Below are positions 51,050 to 63,260 of a stretch of DNA of 64,000 bases, piece after piece. Made by a program: the position numbers and the translations under genes. Each line of letters opens with the position of its first letter. The first letter of the stretch is position 1. Origin of the DNA: Chiloscyllium plagiosum (Eukaryota); the NCBI RefSeq assembly GCF_004010195.1, contig NC_057718.1, positions 42,856,523 through 42,920,522 of the forward strand, read 5' to 3'. The notes beneath the pieces are model-generated. The model was given only the letters and a program-made list of their open reading frames with translations, was not told where the DNA came from and ran no database searches.

Positions 51050-53200
51050 TTCGCTATCTGACTTGTAGGTGCTTTTGTCCACCCAGTACTCCTGAATAGT
51101 GTCAACCCTCTGACTGGTCAACCTTCTGACTGGAAGAAGTCAACTGATCTTCAATCAAGAAAAGTGCAGAATGACCTCAAGCAGCTCTGGGCCATCCATG
51201 GCCTGGCTTTGGACACTGAAACCTTGCCAGCAGCAAACTGGGATAGCTGGCTGACAGGAGCACGGCTGAGTGACAAGCATGAAGGCTGTTGCCCGAGAAC
51301 AGAAGCTCTGGGGGAGCCCTGACATTGCCCTGGTCTGGCACCCTAGCAAGCAGATTAATCTGCTAGAGGGCAAATTGCTGGGCTGATTTGACCACCCTCA
51401 ATCTGCTTTGAACACAATGATCTTAGGGTGAGGGGGGAAAGATGTAAAAGAGACCTAAAGGGCAACTTTTTCATGCAGAGGGTGGTATGTGTATGGAATG
51501 AGCTGCCAGAAGAAGTGGTGGAGTCTAGTACAATTGCAACATTTAAAAGGCATCTGGATGGGTACATGAATAGGAAAGGTTTGGAGGGATATGGGCCAAA
51601 TGCTGACAGGTGGGTTGAGATTGGGTTGGGATATCTGTTCGGCATTGACGAGTTGGACTAAAGGGTCTGTTTCCAAGCTGTACATCTTTATGACTCTATA
51701 ACTCTATCTGCAGCGATGATGTTAGTAGTCTGGCCTTGCAAGGCAAAAGGCATAGATTTTAAGATTGCAGTCTGTATTTCCTCAGCACTCAGCCACTTGG
51801 TGGTTTCTGCTTGTGCTGCAATGGAGGCTGAGACATTGTCAATCAAATTCTGAATTGAGCCTGGCGCAGCAAATGCTGCCATGGTGTTGATCACCACCTC
51901 CATGTTCGGAAGAATGGGCTCCAAGCTCTGTGCAAAACCCTGAACCAAGATGGAGACAGACTGCAACTGTGTTCCTTGTCAGGAACAACAGTTTCTTAGG
52001 CAGCTTGACCAATGCACTAACATATCATTGTGCATAACAATCAGCAATTTTCTGTCCCCTTCCCCACTGCAGTCCTCATTTGAGACCTCCCTGTCTGAAC
52101 ACAAGCATGACAATAGCTTTCTGTGAGCTCCCCTATCTAAAGTACTTCACTCAGTGTTACTACAACACTGAGTAATGCAGGTGTGATGCTGTTCAGATTC
52201 AATCACAGTGCTACCCTCTGAAATACATGTAGTGCTGTCAGCAATGCTGGTGACTCTGAATGCTACATTAAGAAGCAGTTTTCTTTGTCAACCATCTGGT
52301 CTTCTCATGTTTTGACATATGAATGCACTGGCTGGTCAGGTGTCAGTTTTTGGGTATCTGAATGCATAAATACTTAGATACAGGAAGTGAAGTTAACGGG
52401 TGGGGAAGGGGTACTGTTGAAGGCCCGAAATGCCTGTTATAGCGTTTGCATCTTGTATCTCCTATCAAATTGCAGATGAGATTGAGGTGGGAATTTGAGA
52501 AGGATGCTTAAGAACTGAGCATAACATTGTTATGAACGGTGTCAGTGACATGGGTTGCAATAGCCTCAGTTGCCTTCATGCTTTTTTGCAGAGTAATGTT
52601 TCCTCTCAGGAGCTGAGGTGATACAACAATGCCTGTCCCTTTCTGATTCTCCATTGCTCCCTCCTGCCATGTGTAAGCTTTTCCTGAAAGAGAGTTAAAA
52701 GACTGCAATGAGTTTATTGTAATGTGCTTCTCACAACTCAAAGGTATGTGGAAGCTGTGAGATGTGAATGTGTGGCTTGCATCAAAGTTATGTACGGGTG
52801 AGTTGGAACTTATGAACTTTACACATGTTCTAAATAATAGACAATAGGAAAGGTGAGTAATGCAGGTGTGATGCAGTGAACAATGTGTATTGGGTAGAAG
52901 ATAACATTTGAAGATGCATTCATTGACCTCACCAACTTATGTGAGGTCATTGAACATTTTGTTCAGCCACAGGTAATTGTGGCCAGACTCTGATACTTTC
53001 TTCCATTTCCTTTGCATAGTATTTCAGGAAAGCCTTTTGACCCGCTGCAGAAAATGTTTCAACTTCTGTTCACAATGTCCTTTTTAGAAGAACAGACTGA
53101 CTTGTTTCATGCTCATCCTACACCCACCAGGACCCACTGCTGAACATGCAACCAAACAGCAATATTGTTCGCACAGCACTACCTGCTGTAATCATCCACC
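51050..53200 (-). pseudogene. Harbinger second gene (Myb/SANT trihelix DNA-binding protein) fossil, intron-containing
   Basis: Minus TMQRKWKKVSESGHNYLWLNKMFNDLT*VGE (53015-52928; cf. W..C.KKFNDL), intron gtcaat...ctctctttcAG (52927-52684), next exon EKLTHGRREQWR; helical C-terminal segment in ORF 51688-51966. Confidence 0.65.
51421..51704 (+). mobile_element. CR1 3' fragment
   Basis: FFMQRVVCVWNELPEEVVE..FKRHLDGYM; tail tatgactctataactcta. Confidence 0.92.
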
Positions 53201-53609
53201 TGGCAACCTGAAATTTGTGTGCTGCCTGGATCACCTCAATTGGTTGTGAAGTAATTACTTATTACAATCTTTATATCGCAAACACTTGGTGTGTCATCAG
53301 AAATGGTCATGTTGAGCTGTTTAACATTCTGAAGGATCTCAATGTCACCATTGTTCAAAATGGAAAGACACCTCTCATTGACTTTAACTCATTCAATGTA
53401 AGGGTCTATAGCCATGACACACACCTTTTCATCCATGATATAGTTATAAATTCAGAAGGTCAAAATTGGATTGGTACGTGATAGAATTCAGGGGAGTTCA
53501 AAATAGACTATTTTTCTGAAAAAGAGTCACTGGATTCAAAACATTAACTCTGTATTCCCTCCGCAGATGCTGCCAAACTTGTTGAGTGTCTCCAGAACAT
53601 AATGTTTTT

Positions 53610-53725
53610 GTTTTAAATTTGGCTCTACTGGTTCAATGCAAAATGAATAGATTTAACTGCAAAATATTTTTGTTTTAAAATGGACTGTTCTGGTTCTGTG
53701 CAAAGTGAATAGATTTAGCTGCAAA
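53610..53725. repeat. Diverged tandem duplication, about 61-bp unit
   Basis: ctggttc..tgcaaa.tgaatagattta.ctgcaaa occurs twice. Confidence 0.75.
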
Positions 53726-54727
53726 GTGTCCAAAGTATTTTTATACCTGACAGTCTGAAAATTCCCATTCCCTCTGAGTTCATGTGAAAATTCATCTCAT
53801 GAATCCACAGTCATTCAGGTAAATTAAGTGAAAGTTAACAAGCTGATCTGTAGACAATGCTTATCCTGGAGAACAAAAACAGTGTCATGTTAAGAGTTTG
53901 TTTCTACATTGTTAATTAATTTAATTGAATTTTAGGAGCAATGAAGAGACTTCAAAACGAGATAAATAGCAACAACAATACCCGTGCATGCAACACTGAT
54001 ATCAAATGCTGAGAAATGCTCTAAGTACCTTATTGTGTGGCCTATTGTGCCTGACAGAACGCTGTTTCAATCTGATTATAACTTAGATTGTTTGTTTTTC
54101 ATTAAAGATAAATTTCAGAATTTTACAAAAGTAAACAGAACTTGCCGTGATACAAAATTGTAGAATATCCCATACCAGTAATATGATAGGTTACATGTTT
54201 GGTTCATAATGGTTGTCACTAAATCTGACCTCAGATGCCCTCTGATCACAAGGGGCAACAGAAAATGAGATGGAATTTGATTACCTGAAGGCACACTATG
54301 ATAAAAACAAATTTTAGGTGAAAAATTAAGAAACTATATTTTCATGTCACAGACCTTTGAAGCTGCTGGATATTTTATTTCCTGGATTTTTATTAATGTG
54401 TATCTCAGTTTCACAGTTCCCATCATTGTATGTTTAGAGCAATGAAGTGACTTTAAAATGAGATAAGCTAGCAACAAGGCTATTGATACATTCAAACATA
54501 TTAAGGGGTAAGAAATGTTTTGTATTCTAGGAGAACATGATGCACACATTGTATTCATTTCTCAGACTAAGATAGATTCAGCACAGATCTGGCAACTCTA
54601 GGTAACCAAAAACTGCAGTGGGCAAACAGCAGCAGTAGAATTTTATTCAACTACATGATGTAACCTCATGGCCTAGCATGAATCTCACTATTATTACTAT
54701 GAACTGCTATTACAATTGAGTGGGAGG

Positions 54728-54974
54728 AGGTGGGCTGATGGTGTAGTGGTGCAGTGACCCACATAATGTTCTGGGGACATGGGTTTGAGTCCCACTATGG
54801 CCATGGTGGAATTTGGATTCAATAAAAATCTGGAATTAATGGGTCTAATGACGACCATGAAAGCTAGTCTTTCCTTACTTACATGTTACTCCAGACTCTC
54901 CACTGCCCTCTGAACATAGGCAATAAATATTGGACTAGCATCATCCATATCCTGTGAACGAATTATCCAAAAAA
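54728..54974 (+). mobile_element. tRNA-derived SINE sharing its tail with the second LINE family
   Basis: A box tggtgtagtgg, B box ggtttgagtccc, tail ggcaataaatattgg...atcctgtgaacgaa + A run. Confidence 0.7.
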
Positions 54975-55883
54975 GCGAAGTGACCAACCTTAATTTATTA
55001 AAAGGCGTAGAAGAAGATGCCAGCAGCAGTGTCGGCCATATTTAAAAATGAGGTGCCAACACTCTGATGCTAAAATAACAGCAGAACATCACGTCATAGA
55101 CAAAGATTAGGAACCCCACAATAAACAGATCACATTAAAGACTTACAATGGTGTTATATCCAATTGTGAATCCAATCCTGTTGGACAACAAACAGGAGAT
55201 GTAGCTCAAGAGACGTTCCCAGCCTCAATGAAGGAGAGGTTTAGCTTGTCAGTGCAAAAACAAGACTAAACCAAAAAAAAAACAAGTATAGAAACCATAT
55301 TCAATCAGATAATCCATCTCAGCCTTGGTCCTGTGAGCCTAACCATCATAATCTTCAGTCAATTTAAATCAGTCCACAACATCAAAGCATATCTGAGCAA
55401 ACTAGATACAATGAAGGCTATGGGCACTTAATCATACCCCAGAACGAGCCACATGTCTACTTAAGCTGTCCCAGCATAGCTTCAATTCTGGCAACAAAGT
55501 GAGAAATTGTCCAGGCGTGTACTGCTTTTAAAATTCCAATCTGGGAACTGTCAGCCGATCAAGCACGTTAATTTTAAGTGTTATAAGATGTTATCAATAG
55601 CGCTAACAAAAAAAACAGTTATGAAGAACAGAGGACTTGAAATCCAGAAGTGTGAGTGTCTGCACTTCTCATTGAAATATGGATTAACTGAATGTGATAC
55701 TGAGGAGCTTGAGTAAACCTGAAGGCAGATAGAGACAGCACATGCTCTGAGCATAAAGCAGGCTACTTATGACTATTGGAGTTCACTCATCTTAGACCCA
55801 GGAGTTGGCTGCAGGATTTCCCAAGGGCAGTGTTCTAGGCCAAACCATCTTTAGTTGCTTCATCGGCTGATGATTGCAGAGTA

Positions 55884-56099
55884 CAAGTCGTTCTGCAATA
55901 ACGCACTTTCGTTAATGCAAATTAGCTATAACGCAATTAACAACTTTGGGTCACTGTTTCTATAGTGTAAACTTTTAAAGCGTGTATTGATTATAATGTG
56001 ATTCCGGCCCCTTAGTTTAAATGTTGCTGCTATTATGGGATTTTCTTATTACATGGGATTTCACGAGAACGGAACTACCACGTATAGCAGAACTGACTA
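55884..56099. mobile_element. Tigger/pogo-type MITE
   Basis: Imperfect TIRs ta-CAAGTCGTTCTGCAATAACG / CGTATAGCAGAACTGACTA-ta; internal (gc)tataacg-like repeats. Confidence 0.7.
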
Positions 56100-56259
56100 T
56101 ATTCATCTCCATTTGCAATTCATCAGAAAATGAATGAGTCCACGCCACAAGACTTTGCCTGATAAATATGAATTAGGTAATCGTCTCATCACACAAATGG
56201 CAGACAATTATCCTACTCAACTAGACAGAATGCAAGCAACTTCCCTTAATATCCAATGG

Positions 56260-56290
<31 letters not shown>
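56260..56290. repeat. (CAT)n microsatellite
   Basis: About 10 units. Confidence 0.95.
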
Positions 56291-56293
<3 letters not shown>

Positions 56294-56378
56294 TCCTTCA
56301 CAAGCAAATTTGAGGAGGTGGCTAATGACCAGAAACATGAATGGACCAGTTATATAAATAGTGTAGTTACTCAAGCAG

Positions 56379-56539
56379 ATGAAAGTGAGGACTGCAGATG
56401 GTGGAGATCAGAGTCGAGATTAGGATGGTGCTGGAAAAGCACATTCCTGATGAATGGCTTTTGCCCGAAACGTCAATTCTCATGCTCCTCAGAAGCTGCC
56501 TGACCTGCTGTGCTTTTCCAGCACCACTCTAATCTCGAC
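56379..56539 (+). mobile_element. 161-bp non-coding PLE insertion with hammerhead motif, inverted arms and 15-bp TSD
   Basis: TSD tagttactcaagcag at 56364-56378 and 56540-56554; arms agtcgagattaggatggtgctggaaaagcaca / tgtgcttttccagcaccactctaatctcgact; CTGATGA-a-tggc-tttt-gccc-GAAA-CGTC at 56447-56474. Confidence 0.88.
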
Positions 56540-57154
56540 TAGTTACTCAAGCAGGTCAATGAGTCAGATATTCTACATGAGCTCTGTATGCTGACTTTCC
56601 AAAGTCAATTTACTATCCATGAGGCATCAGGCTGTAAAATGATAGAATAGACTTCTCTTGCCTGGATCAGTGCAGCTCCTAAAAAAGTTAGGAAGCCCAA
56701 CACCAACCTATAATAGCCCATTTGATTGGAAGCCCATTCACTGTTTTAACAGTTCATTTCCTCTTACCATGTCTGCAAAGTGTTCCGTCTACAAGATGTT
56801 CAATTCTAACTCACTAAAACTGCTTCAACAACTCCCAAACTCACAACCTTCACCACCTAGAAGGACAAAGGCTGCAGGCCAATGGCACATAGCCACCATT
56901 AAGTTTCATGCCAAAGTCCATTCTCATCTTGACTTGGAAATATAACATCATTGGGCCAAAATCCTGTAACTTCCTCCCTCACATCCCTGTAAAAGTACCT
57001 TCACCACCTAGACTACTGCAATTCAAGATGGCAACTCACTACCATTTTTCAAGAGCAGCTATGAATAAGCATTAAATGCTGGTTGTACTGGGGCACCACT
57101 CTGAATGAAAAAAAAAAATTGAAGTTCCTAACATTTTATTCTCATTGATTTTTG

Positions 57155-57437
57155 CAAGGTTTGTGACTCAGGTTGAGGTTTAGGGTGTAGGTTTGCTCAC
57201 TGAGCTGTAGGTTTGATATCCAGACATTTCATTACCTGGCTAGGTAACATCATCGGTGGCGACCTCCAAGTAAGCAAAGCTGTTATCTCCTGCTTTCTGT
57301 TTATATGTTAGTCCTGGATGGGGTTCCTGGGATTTGTGGTGATGTCATTTCCTGTTCATGCAGGAACAAGAAATGACATCACCACGAACCCCAGGAACCC
57401 CATCCAGGACAAACATATAAATAGAAAGCAGGAGACA
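57155..57437 (-). mobile_element. Third-family PLE pLTR with 72-bp fold-back and degenerate hammerhead
   Basis: Arms 57286-57357 and 57364-57435 are near-perfect reverse complements; minus CCA-CCGATGA-T-GTTACCT-agcc-AGGTAAT-GAAA-TGTC-TGG at 57259-57220. Confidence 0.75.
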
Positions 57438-57699
57438 AAAAAAGGTAACAGGACTACAGGCCTGAGTCACACCCAAAATTGGACATCCTGCTTCATTTAG
57501 TAATGTCTTTCAGCAGCTCACCAAAGGCAGCTCACAATAACAAAAATCATATTAACGTGGGTTGCTCTGCTGTCAGTGGCTTGGCCTGAGGGGAAGGGGG
57601 TGAGGAACATGGGATCAGACAATGTACAGACTGCAGGAACGCTTTGGCAGTAAAGAGATTTTCTGCTCCTCCTGCCTCAACTGTTGCACTGTCCAAGAC

Positions 57700-58012
57700 A
57701 CTGGTTATCATATTAAATGTTGAACTAACTGTTGAATTGACTGTTCATAAATATGTAAGAGATCCCATTGCACTAATTTAAAGACCAACGGTGGAGTTAT
57801 CCCCAGTGAGATGGCCAATATTTATCCTTCAAACAACATCACAAAAACATTATCTCATTATCATTATTGTTGTTTATGGGGATTTGTGGAACAAATTTTG
57901 ACTCCAACAATTCTTTCATTATAATAGTGGCTATATTTCTAATAATATTTTATTGACTGTAAAGAGCTTTGAGTCTCTGATCTTTGTAAAAAGTAATATA
58001 TAAATGCCAGCT
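57700..58012 (+). mobile_element. DeuSINE (SacSINE1-like) 3' part
   Basis: gatcccattgcacta...tggccaatatttatccttcaaacaacatcac (Deu domain) and L2-like tail ctgtaaagagctttg...tatataaatgc. Confidence 0.7.
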
Positions 58013-58861
58013 CCTACATGAAGTCTGTTCCTATAATTTTCTTGGCTCTTTTTGTCACCTTCATTATGAGTCATTTGTCTGTAGATTTTTTTTTAAATTC
58101 TAGACTACAAATGCCTGTTGTATGATCTGCCTAGTTTTCAAAGTTTTGCTGCAAGTTCTTAAAACAGATAGAAGGTGCTTTGGCAGATTGAAATTGCTTC
58201 AGCATTGATTCCAGTGGCTGACAGGAAATCCAAATACAACATGAATCAAATGGGTGATATCTGTACCATTGGTGCAGCTTAGTTGTATGGTTTTACACAC
58301 GTAAATTTGGCATGAATTGCACCAGTTTTACCACTGAAACATGTATGAATTTGTCCTCAGTTGTCTTTCACTGCAGTAAAAGTACATGAATCCAGACAGA
58401 ACTCACAGCATTATTTCATCAGGATTTCTCCATATTTCTTTCCCTCAACTTATTGTAAAATCCAAAACTTTCTCTTGCATCTCACAAGAGATTTAAAGGT
58501 TAATTATTCCACTAAAACACACAGGGACCTCAGCCCTTTCATCATTCTCTTGTGATTGCACTAATGTACTTTTTATTGCAGTGGTAGTTTTGGTTGTTAT
58601 AAAGTTCTGTTTCATTGATGCATCTTTAAGTAAACCAATACGTATGATTGCTTTGTTTTTCTTTTACACATCTACTGAACCTCAAAGAAATTGTAACAAA
58701 TTCTGATTTTCGAAATATAAGACAGATTTGTAAGCAAAGAAAGAAACAACATATTTTTGTTGTTTAATCAGTAATCTTCATTTCTCACATCTGAAAACAA
58801 ATCATTTAATGCACTTCTAACATTAACAGACACCGCAATGTTTTAATTGTCAGTTTTGCCC

Positions 58862-59103
58862 AGGCATGCTTTAATATAAAGTAAATCTAACACTGTAATT
58901 TTATTACAACAATTCAAGTCACAGTACTGAAGTGTTCAGTCACTGTTCATAAGCTGGAGGAAGGGTGCTATAGAGGTGACAATGTCAGAAGTTAACAGGA
59001 TTTCGCTGTGCTATGGAAACCTATGATAGGAATCAGAAATGTTAACGTGATATCACAGTTTGAGTGACAACTGCCGATATAAACTGGATGGAGATGAGGT
59101 CAG
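58862..59103 (+). repeat. Local duplication, copy 1
   Basis: Matches 60082-60302 from aggcatg to gatggagatgaggtcag. Confidence 0.92.
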
Positions 59104-59644
59104 TATGGATTTTTTTTACAAACCTGTCTACAGCCAAACAGCTTCAAGCGGTCAGTATTAAATTTTATTAGGAATAATAAGATGTGTCTAGTACATCTCC
59201 AATTCTTACATTCCATCGTAATATACATAAGATAGTGAATAACAGTATCTAACTGAAAATCATAATACATGATGAGGGTTTGGATTTTAGTAAGGATTCA
59301 GAGGTTTGAAATTTGGATCAGCCAGTTCTGAATTACTAGCATATAATGAAAAACTGTATATATTTTCTCCAGCACAGGGGATTAAGATAAAATTAAGAAA
59401 GCACTTAACTTTTCAGCCTCTTCCAGCAGTTTCAATCAAAAACCCAGAGCGAGATGTGCTGACATGTTTGCCAATTTGACACATTAGCCACATTATAGTG
59501 CATAAACATAAATGCACAGAACTGGTAAGTTTTCTCATGTTTGCAGGATAGGTAAAATAGAGAATTTTCCCCGGGTTTTGTGTCCTCCATAAATTTTGAA
59601 ACTGTGACCTGTACATCAAAATCTGAATCATTTTTATATAAAAA

Positions 59645-60480
59645 AAGTAATACCTACTCCTAGGTTACCCCAGGACAATGTTCTCCAGTCCAAACAATAA
59701 ACACTCTCTTTCCAGTCAATCAGCCTATTTTGTATCCATGACCCCACAATCTCCTTCATGTCATGGCCATCAACTTGATTATGCGATGATCAATTAAATG
59801 CTATTTGGAAATCTACATAAACCATGTCAACTCTCTGTTACTTCAGCAAAAACTTCAATCAAATTAGTTAAACAGATTGGTCTTTATAAAATCTATGCTG
59901 GCTTTTCTTAATTGATCCACACCTGACCAAGAAACTATTAATTTTGCTCTGACTTACCTTTTCTAAAAGCTTTCCCACCACCAAGGTAAAATAGTTCAGC
60001 CTTTAGTTGTCAGGTTTATTGTTACAGTTTTCATTCACCAAGAAGATTTGAAACTTTTCAGTCCATTGACATTTTAATATAAGGCATGTTTCAATATAAA
60101 GCAAATCTAACACTGTAATTTTATTACAACATTTCAAGTCACAGTGCTGAAGCCACTGAAGCTAGAGAAAGGGTGCTACAATGTCAGAAGTTAATGGGAT
60201 TTCACTGGTCTATGGAAACCCATGACAAGAATCAAAAATATTAACGTGCTATCACAGTTTGAATGACAACTGCTGATATAAACTAGATGGAGATGAGGTC
60301 AGGCCTGGCTATAAGGAGGATTGAAACACTATAGGTAATCCCTCCACAATTTCCATCCTTATTCTCCTCAGCATCCTTGGGTCCATTCCATCTGGTCCAG
60401 GTGACTTATCAACTTTAAGTATAGTCAGCTACCCTCATTATCAACTATGAACTCATCCAGTCCTTCAATATTTCCTCTTG
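59645..60480 (-). mobile_element. Old CR1 RT fragment, interrupted by duplication copy 2
   Basis: tttggaaatctacataaacc (VYVDFQ), ccatctggtccaggtgacttatc (DKSPGPDG). Confidence 0.75.
60082..60302 (+). repeat. Local duplication, copy 2
   Basis: Direct copy of 58862-59103 with substitutions and small deletions. Confidence 0.92.
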
Positions 60481-61169
60481 CACTAAATGAAGATATCATG
60501 AGTTAACTTAAATAGTTTATCTGACAACATACTCTCATTGGCCCTCTTAGTGTTGTGATGTTACTTTGAGATTTTCTTTCATTTTGGAACTGTGGGAAAT
60601 TCATTCAAAACATAACTTTACAACAACAACAACATGAAAATAAAAAAAATTCTTTTCATGCAGTCCTTTTCCAATAATGTCATTAAAACAGATTGTGAAA
60701 GCTAGCAACACATTGGTTTCAACTTTTTACTTCCTGCCATTTGTTTCAATATTAGAAAAAGCTTGGATGTAGTTTCAGACAGGGTATGAATTTCGAGATG
60801 CTAGTCGGGTGTACTCTGTGATTATAATATTCTGTGCAAACTCATCAAATGTAACAGGTAAATCAAGGTGTATAGGAAGTCAATTAAACTGATGGTAATA
60901 CATATGACAACGGTTGACAGAAGACATAATCACCAAAACAGGAGAGACCGAGTGATTGGATTTTATCTGGATGTGTGTCTCCTGATTTTAAAATTCCTAA
61001 AGTAATGAGAGTGTTTCCTCAGTTATCTGAATTATCACAATTTTACTTCATATATATCCATTGTCCTTCTCAAGTACCTTATGCAAGAAATCTCTGCAAG
61101 AGAGAACAGTTTTGCATTCATATAGTTCCTTTCACATCTTCAAGATGTTTCAATGTTTATCGACAATAA

Positions 61170-61442
61170 AATATTTTTGAGGCGTAATTGTTGTTGTAAA
61201 GTAGGAAAGCAGCATTTATTTCTCACACAATAAGATCCCTAAAACAACAATGAGATAATAGATGAATTGGTCTATCATAATGCTGTTGTTTTGAAAGATA
61301 AATATTGATCATGACAACTTCTTCAGCCTTCCCTCAGTGCCATAGTCGAGTTTAACTGAAATTACATACTCAAGTCACTGGATGTGTTTGAACCAAAAGC
61401 AATCATAACTTAGAGGTAAGGGTGCTACTACATAACTTAGGC
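61170..61442 (-). mobile_element. DeuSINE (SacSINE1-like), diverged
   Basis: ccctcagt...ctcaagtcactgga..ttgaacc...ttagaggtaagggtgctac (reverse tRNA head) and taagatccctaaaacaacaatgagataat. Confidence 0.6.
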
Positions 61443-63260
61443 TTTGACATGAGGAATGGGATTTTGGTTTTGAATTTTGAAATTCATCTTTTTATAGTGC
61501 CTTCCCAGCTTGAAAAATATTGCCAGTTGGGCTGAATTCAAGCCATAGTGGTGAAGGGATGAGAATTAATCCGTTGTTTAACCCATTCCCAAGGATATGC
61601 AGATTAAAATGTCTGTATTTATGACAACTTTCTCACTACCCTGACCAGGAATTATTGTGATTTACTATCCAGGTAAGTCATTCAAGTGCAAGTTGGATAG
61701 ATTTAGATTTATTGTCACATGGACTCGAGTACAGGAATATAGTGTACAAAAGTGTACAAAGTCACCATTCTCTACTGCCACTTTAGCATACAAAAGACAG
61801 GTTTAAAAACAGGAACAGAAATAAAAGAGACAGCCGCAAGAGAAGGAAACATTCAGTTCACTCCCTGTCTCTGCCATGAGTCCTCAAGTCCAGAAAATTA
61901 TAGCCACAAAGTCCATCCCTCAGTCTGCAAACACTCAGGTGACCTGAGTCCCTGCACGCCACCACAGCCAGAATGCTACCGCCTCCGCCACCAGGTACCC
62001 CAGGGCCAGCCATATTCTGGAGCCCGCACCATCACTGCCAGAACTGTGTTGCCATTTATAAACACCATCTTGCCTCCAAAAATCGTAGAATACAGTGTAT
62101 GAGTAATTTAAGGCCAGACACAAAGTGCTGGATATTTGTTTCAGAATAAGACTCCAACGATAAGTGAAATGCCAGATCCTGATCCCATACTACATTCGTG
62201 ACATAATCCCAGTGCAAAATTTGTAGGGATGACCAATGTGGAATCAGGGAAGATGTTTTCATTCCAGTTAAAGGTGGAAAGTGGGATCCCATGGTTCGAT
62301 AGCCAACAGAAGGCTTTCTAACAACACACTACGCAAGACAGAAGCTGCCAATGCATACAAGATACAGAGAGAGCAGTGCCACATGGTGGAAGTACACTCT
62401 GGAGAAAAGGTTAAAAAACATTCATTAAAACAGGCCACTCTTAGCAGGACATCAATGTGGAGGTGCTTCATGGATTGGATGGCTATCTGCCATAGCTCTG
62501 GCCCTTGACCATGATGAGTGTAGTATGAGGATGTCTCTAGCAGCATGGAGCCCTGGTCCACTCTATTCTGGCATTGGAAGGTGGCCTCCATACCTTGACA
62601 TGTTTCATTTCCAATTGTTAGGGAATTGTGGTGGGAAATGGAGGCTGATTGGAAAATTCCAGTCAGTCACTACTGAGTTACCTCAATGAGCTTTTTAAAT
62701 GGCCACCTTTTTCTTGCTCCTGACAGTTTTCATCCTAGCACATCCCATTCCTGTCTGGAATAAAAATGACCTAGAAACAGGAACAGCTCACAACACATCT
62801 TCAGAGCCAACTTTCAGGCCTTCCTGGCTTTGACTAGAAACCAAAATTCTGCCCACAGTCAAGATCTTACATGACAGGGAAAAAAAGTGATTTTCTGTCA
62901 ATAAATCTCAATGCTCTGCAACAACGTAATTTTTCTGGTGCTAGATCTGTTGCTGACTAATTGATCAAAATTGATCGGTATGATTCCTCAACAGTTCCAT
63001 TATCATTGCATCAGGTGATTCTAAGGACAGTAGAATGTCAATTCCATAGACCTTGGCCTTTATTCATCCAGAGACTCCAATGTTCCTAAACCTTATGCAT
63101 TCAAAGTAAGCTCCTTTGAAAAATAACACTTTAAAAATCTAACAGAAGCACTGAAATCCCTGGATTGAGCATTTACATTTAAGTGAGCATGTCACAACCT
63201 TGTTTCATTTCTCACATCTGGGAGTACCATCCTATAAATTACTATTCTGCTGTTAAGAGT

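Larger units (their letters stand above)
55300..57118 (+). mobile_element. Second-family LINE (old), hosting a MITE, (CAT)n and a mini-PLE
   Basis: GFPKGSVLGQTIFSCFI..ADDC RT motif at 55810-55880; 3' region matches the reverse complement of 5965-6500; A-rich end. Confidence 0.7.

Noticed and set aside
57162..57471. 11-bp inverted repeat tgtgactcagg / cctgagtcaca flanking the hairpin element
   Set aside because: No TSD, and the core TGAGTCA is a common near-palindrome; probably chance rather than TIRs.
61696..62855. Possible LINE tail (ttagatttattgtcac) and Harbinger-like end (aaaattctgccc) with several 60-116 aa ORFs
   Set aside because: No matching second terminus or protein motif found by eye; left unannotated.
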